A stretch of 64,000 nucleotides of DNA from Octopus sinensis. Its lineage: Eukaryota. Positions 63,751 through 64,000 of the stretch are shown piece after piece. The stretch is from assembly GCF_006345805.1 (NCBI RefSeq), contig NC_042998.1:81840001-81904000 (forward strand). The letters are read 5' to 3'. A model generated the notes under the pieces. It saw nothing but the letters and a program-made list of their open reading frames with translations, was not told the DNA's origin and did not search any database. Each line of letters opens with the position of its first letter. Position 1 is the first letter of the stretch. A program made the position numbers and the translations under genes.

Positions 63751-64000
63751 TATGAAAATTCAGATATTCTCATCTTTAAATACTCTTTATTCTGTCTCAA
63801 TTATATGTGAAGATGAATACGTGCAGCTGTGTCTGCCAATTTCTATATAATATGGTACTGAGTCAATCTGTTATTAAATACTTACAACTTCAACTAACTG
63901 TGATAAGTGCTACTGTACATCATTAGTCCACCTACTTATATCCTATTCGAAATATCGTGAGCTAATTATGTCGTGAGCTAATTATAAACGAAGCGAGAAT

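Overview
This is eukaryotic, AT-rich, microsatellite-dense DNA made almost entirely of transposon remains. The SINE families and repeat landscape match my recollection of octopus (coleoid cephalopod) genomes; that is an inference, not a database result. I could not establish a host gene, and nearly all short ORFs in the track are translations of microsatellites or of the antisense strand of transposons. Recognisable content: many tRNA-derived SINEs (several families, including a dimeric one); decayed RTE LINEs; a stack of R4/Dong-type RLE LINEs in (TAA)n arrays (about 25.4-35.2 kb); two Penelope-like elements (RT + GIY-YIG) with inverted terminal segments; Tx1/L1-type fragments; mariner fragments; and probable Helitron ends. 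Two things stand out. (1) Several fold-back (inverted-repeat) mini-elements carry minimal type I hammerhead ribozyme motifs; the best is a ~415-bp rod-shaped element with a near-complete hammerhead at its apex (15046-15462). (2) An intact 452-aa Tx1-type ORF1 (CCHC knuckle) has no ORF2 behind it. It ends in a 3' tail that matches the dimeric SINE tail at 25/27 nt and lies between Helitron-like termini. All alignments were done by eye, so coordinates of decayed elements are approximate.
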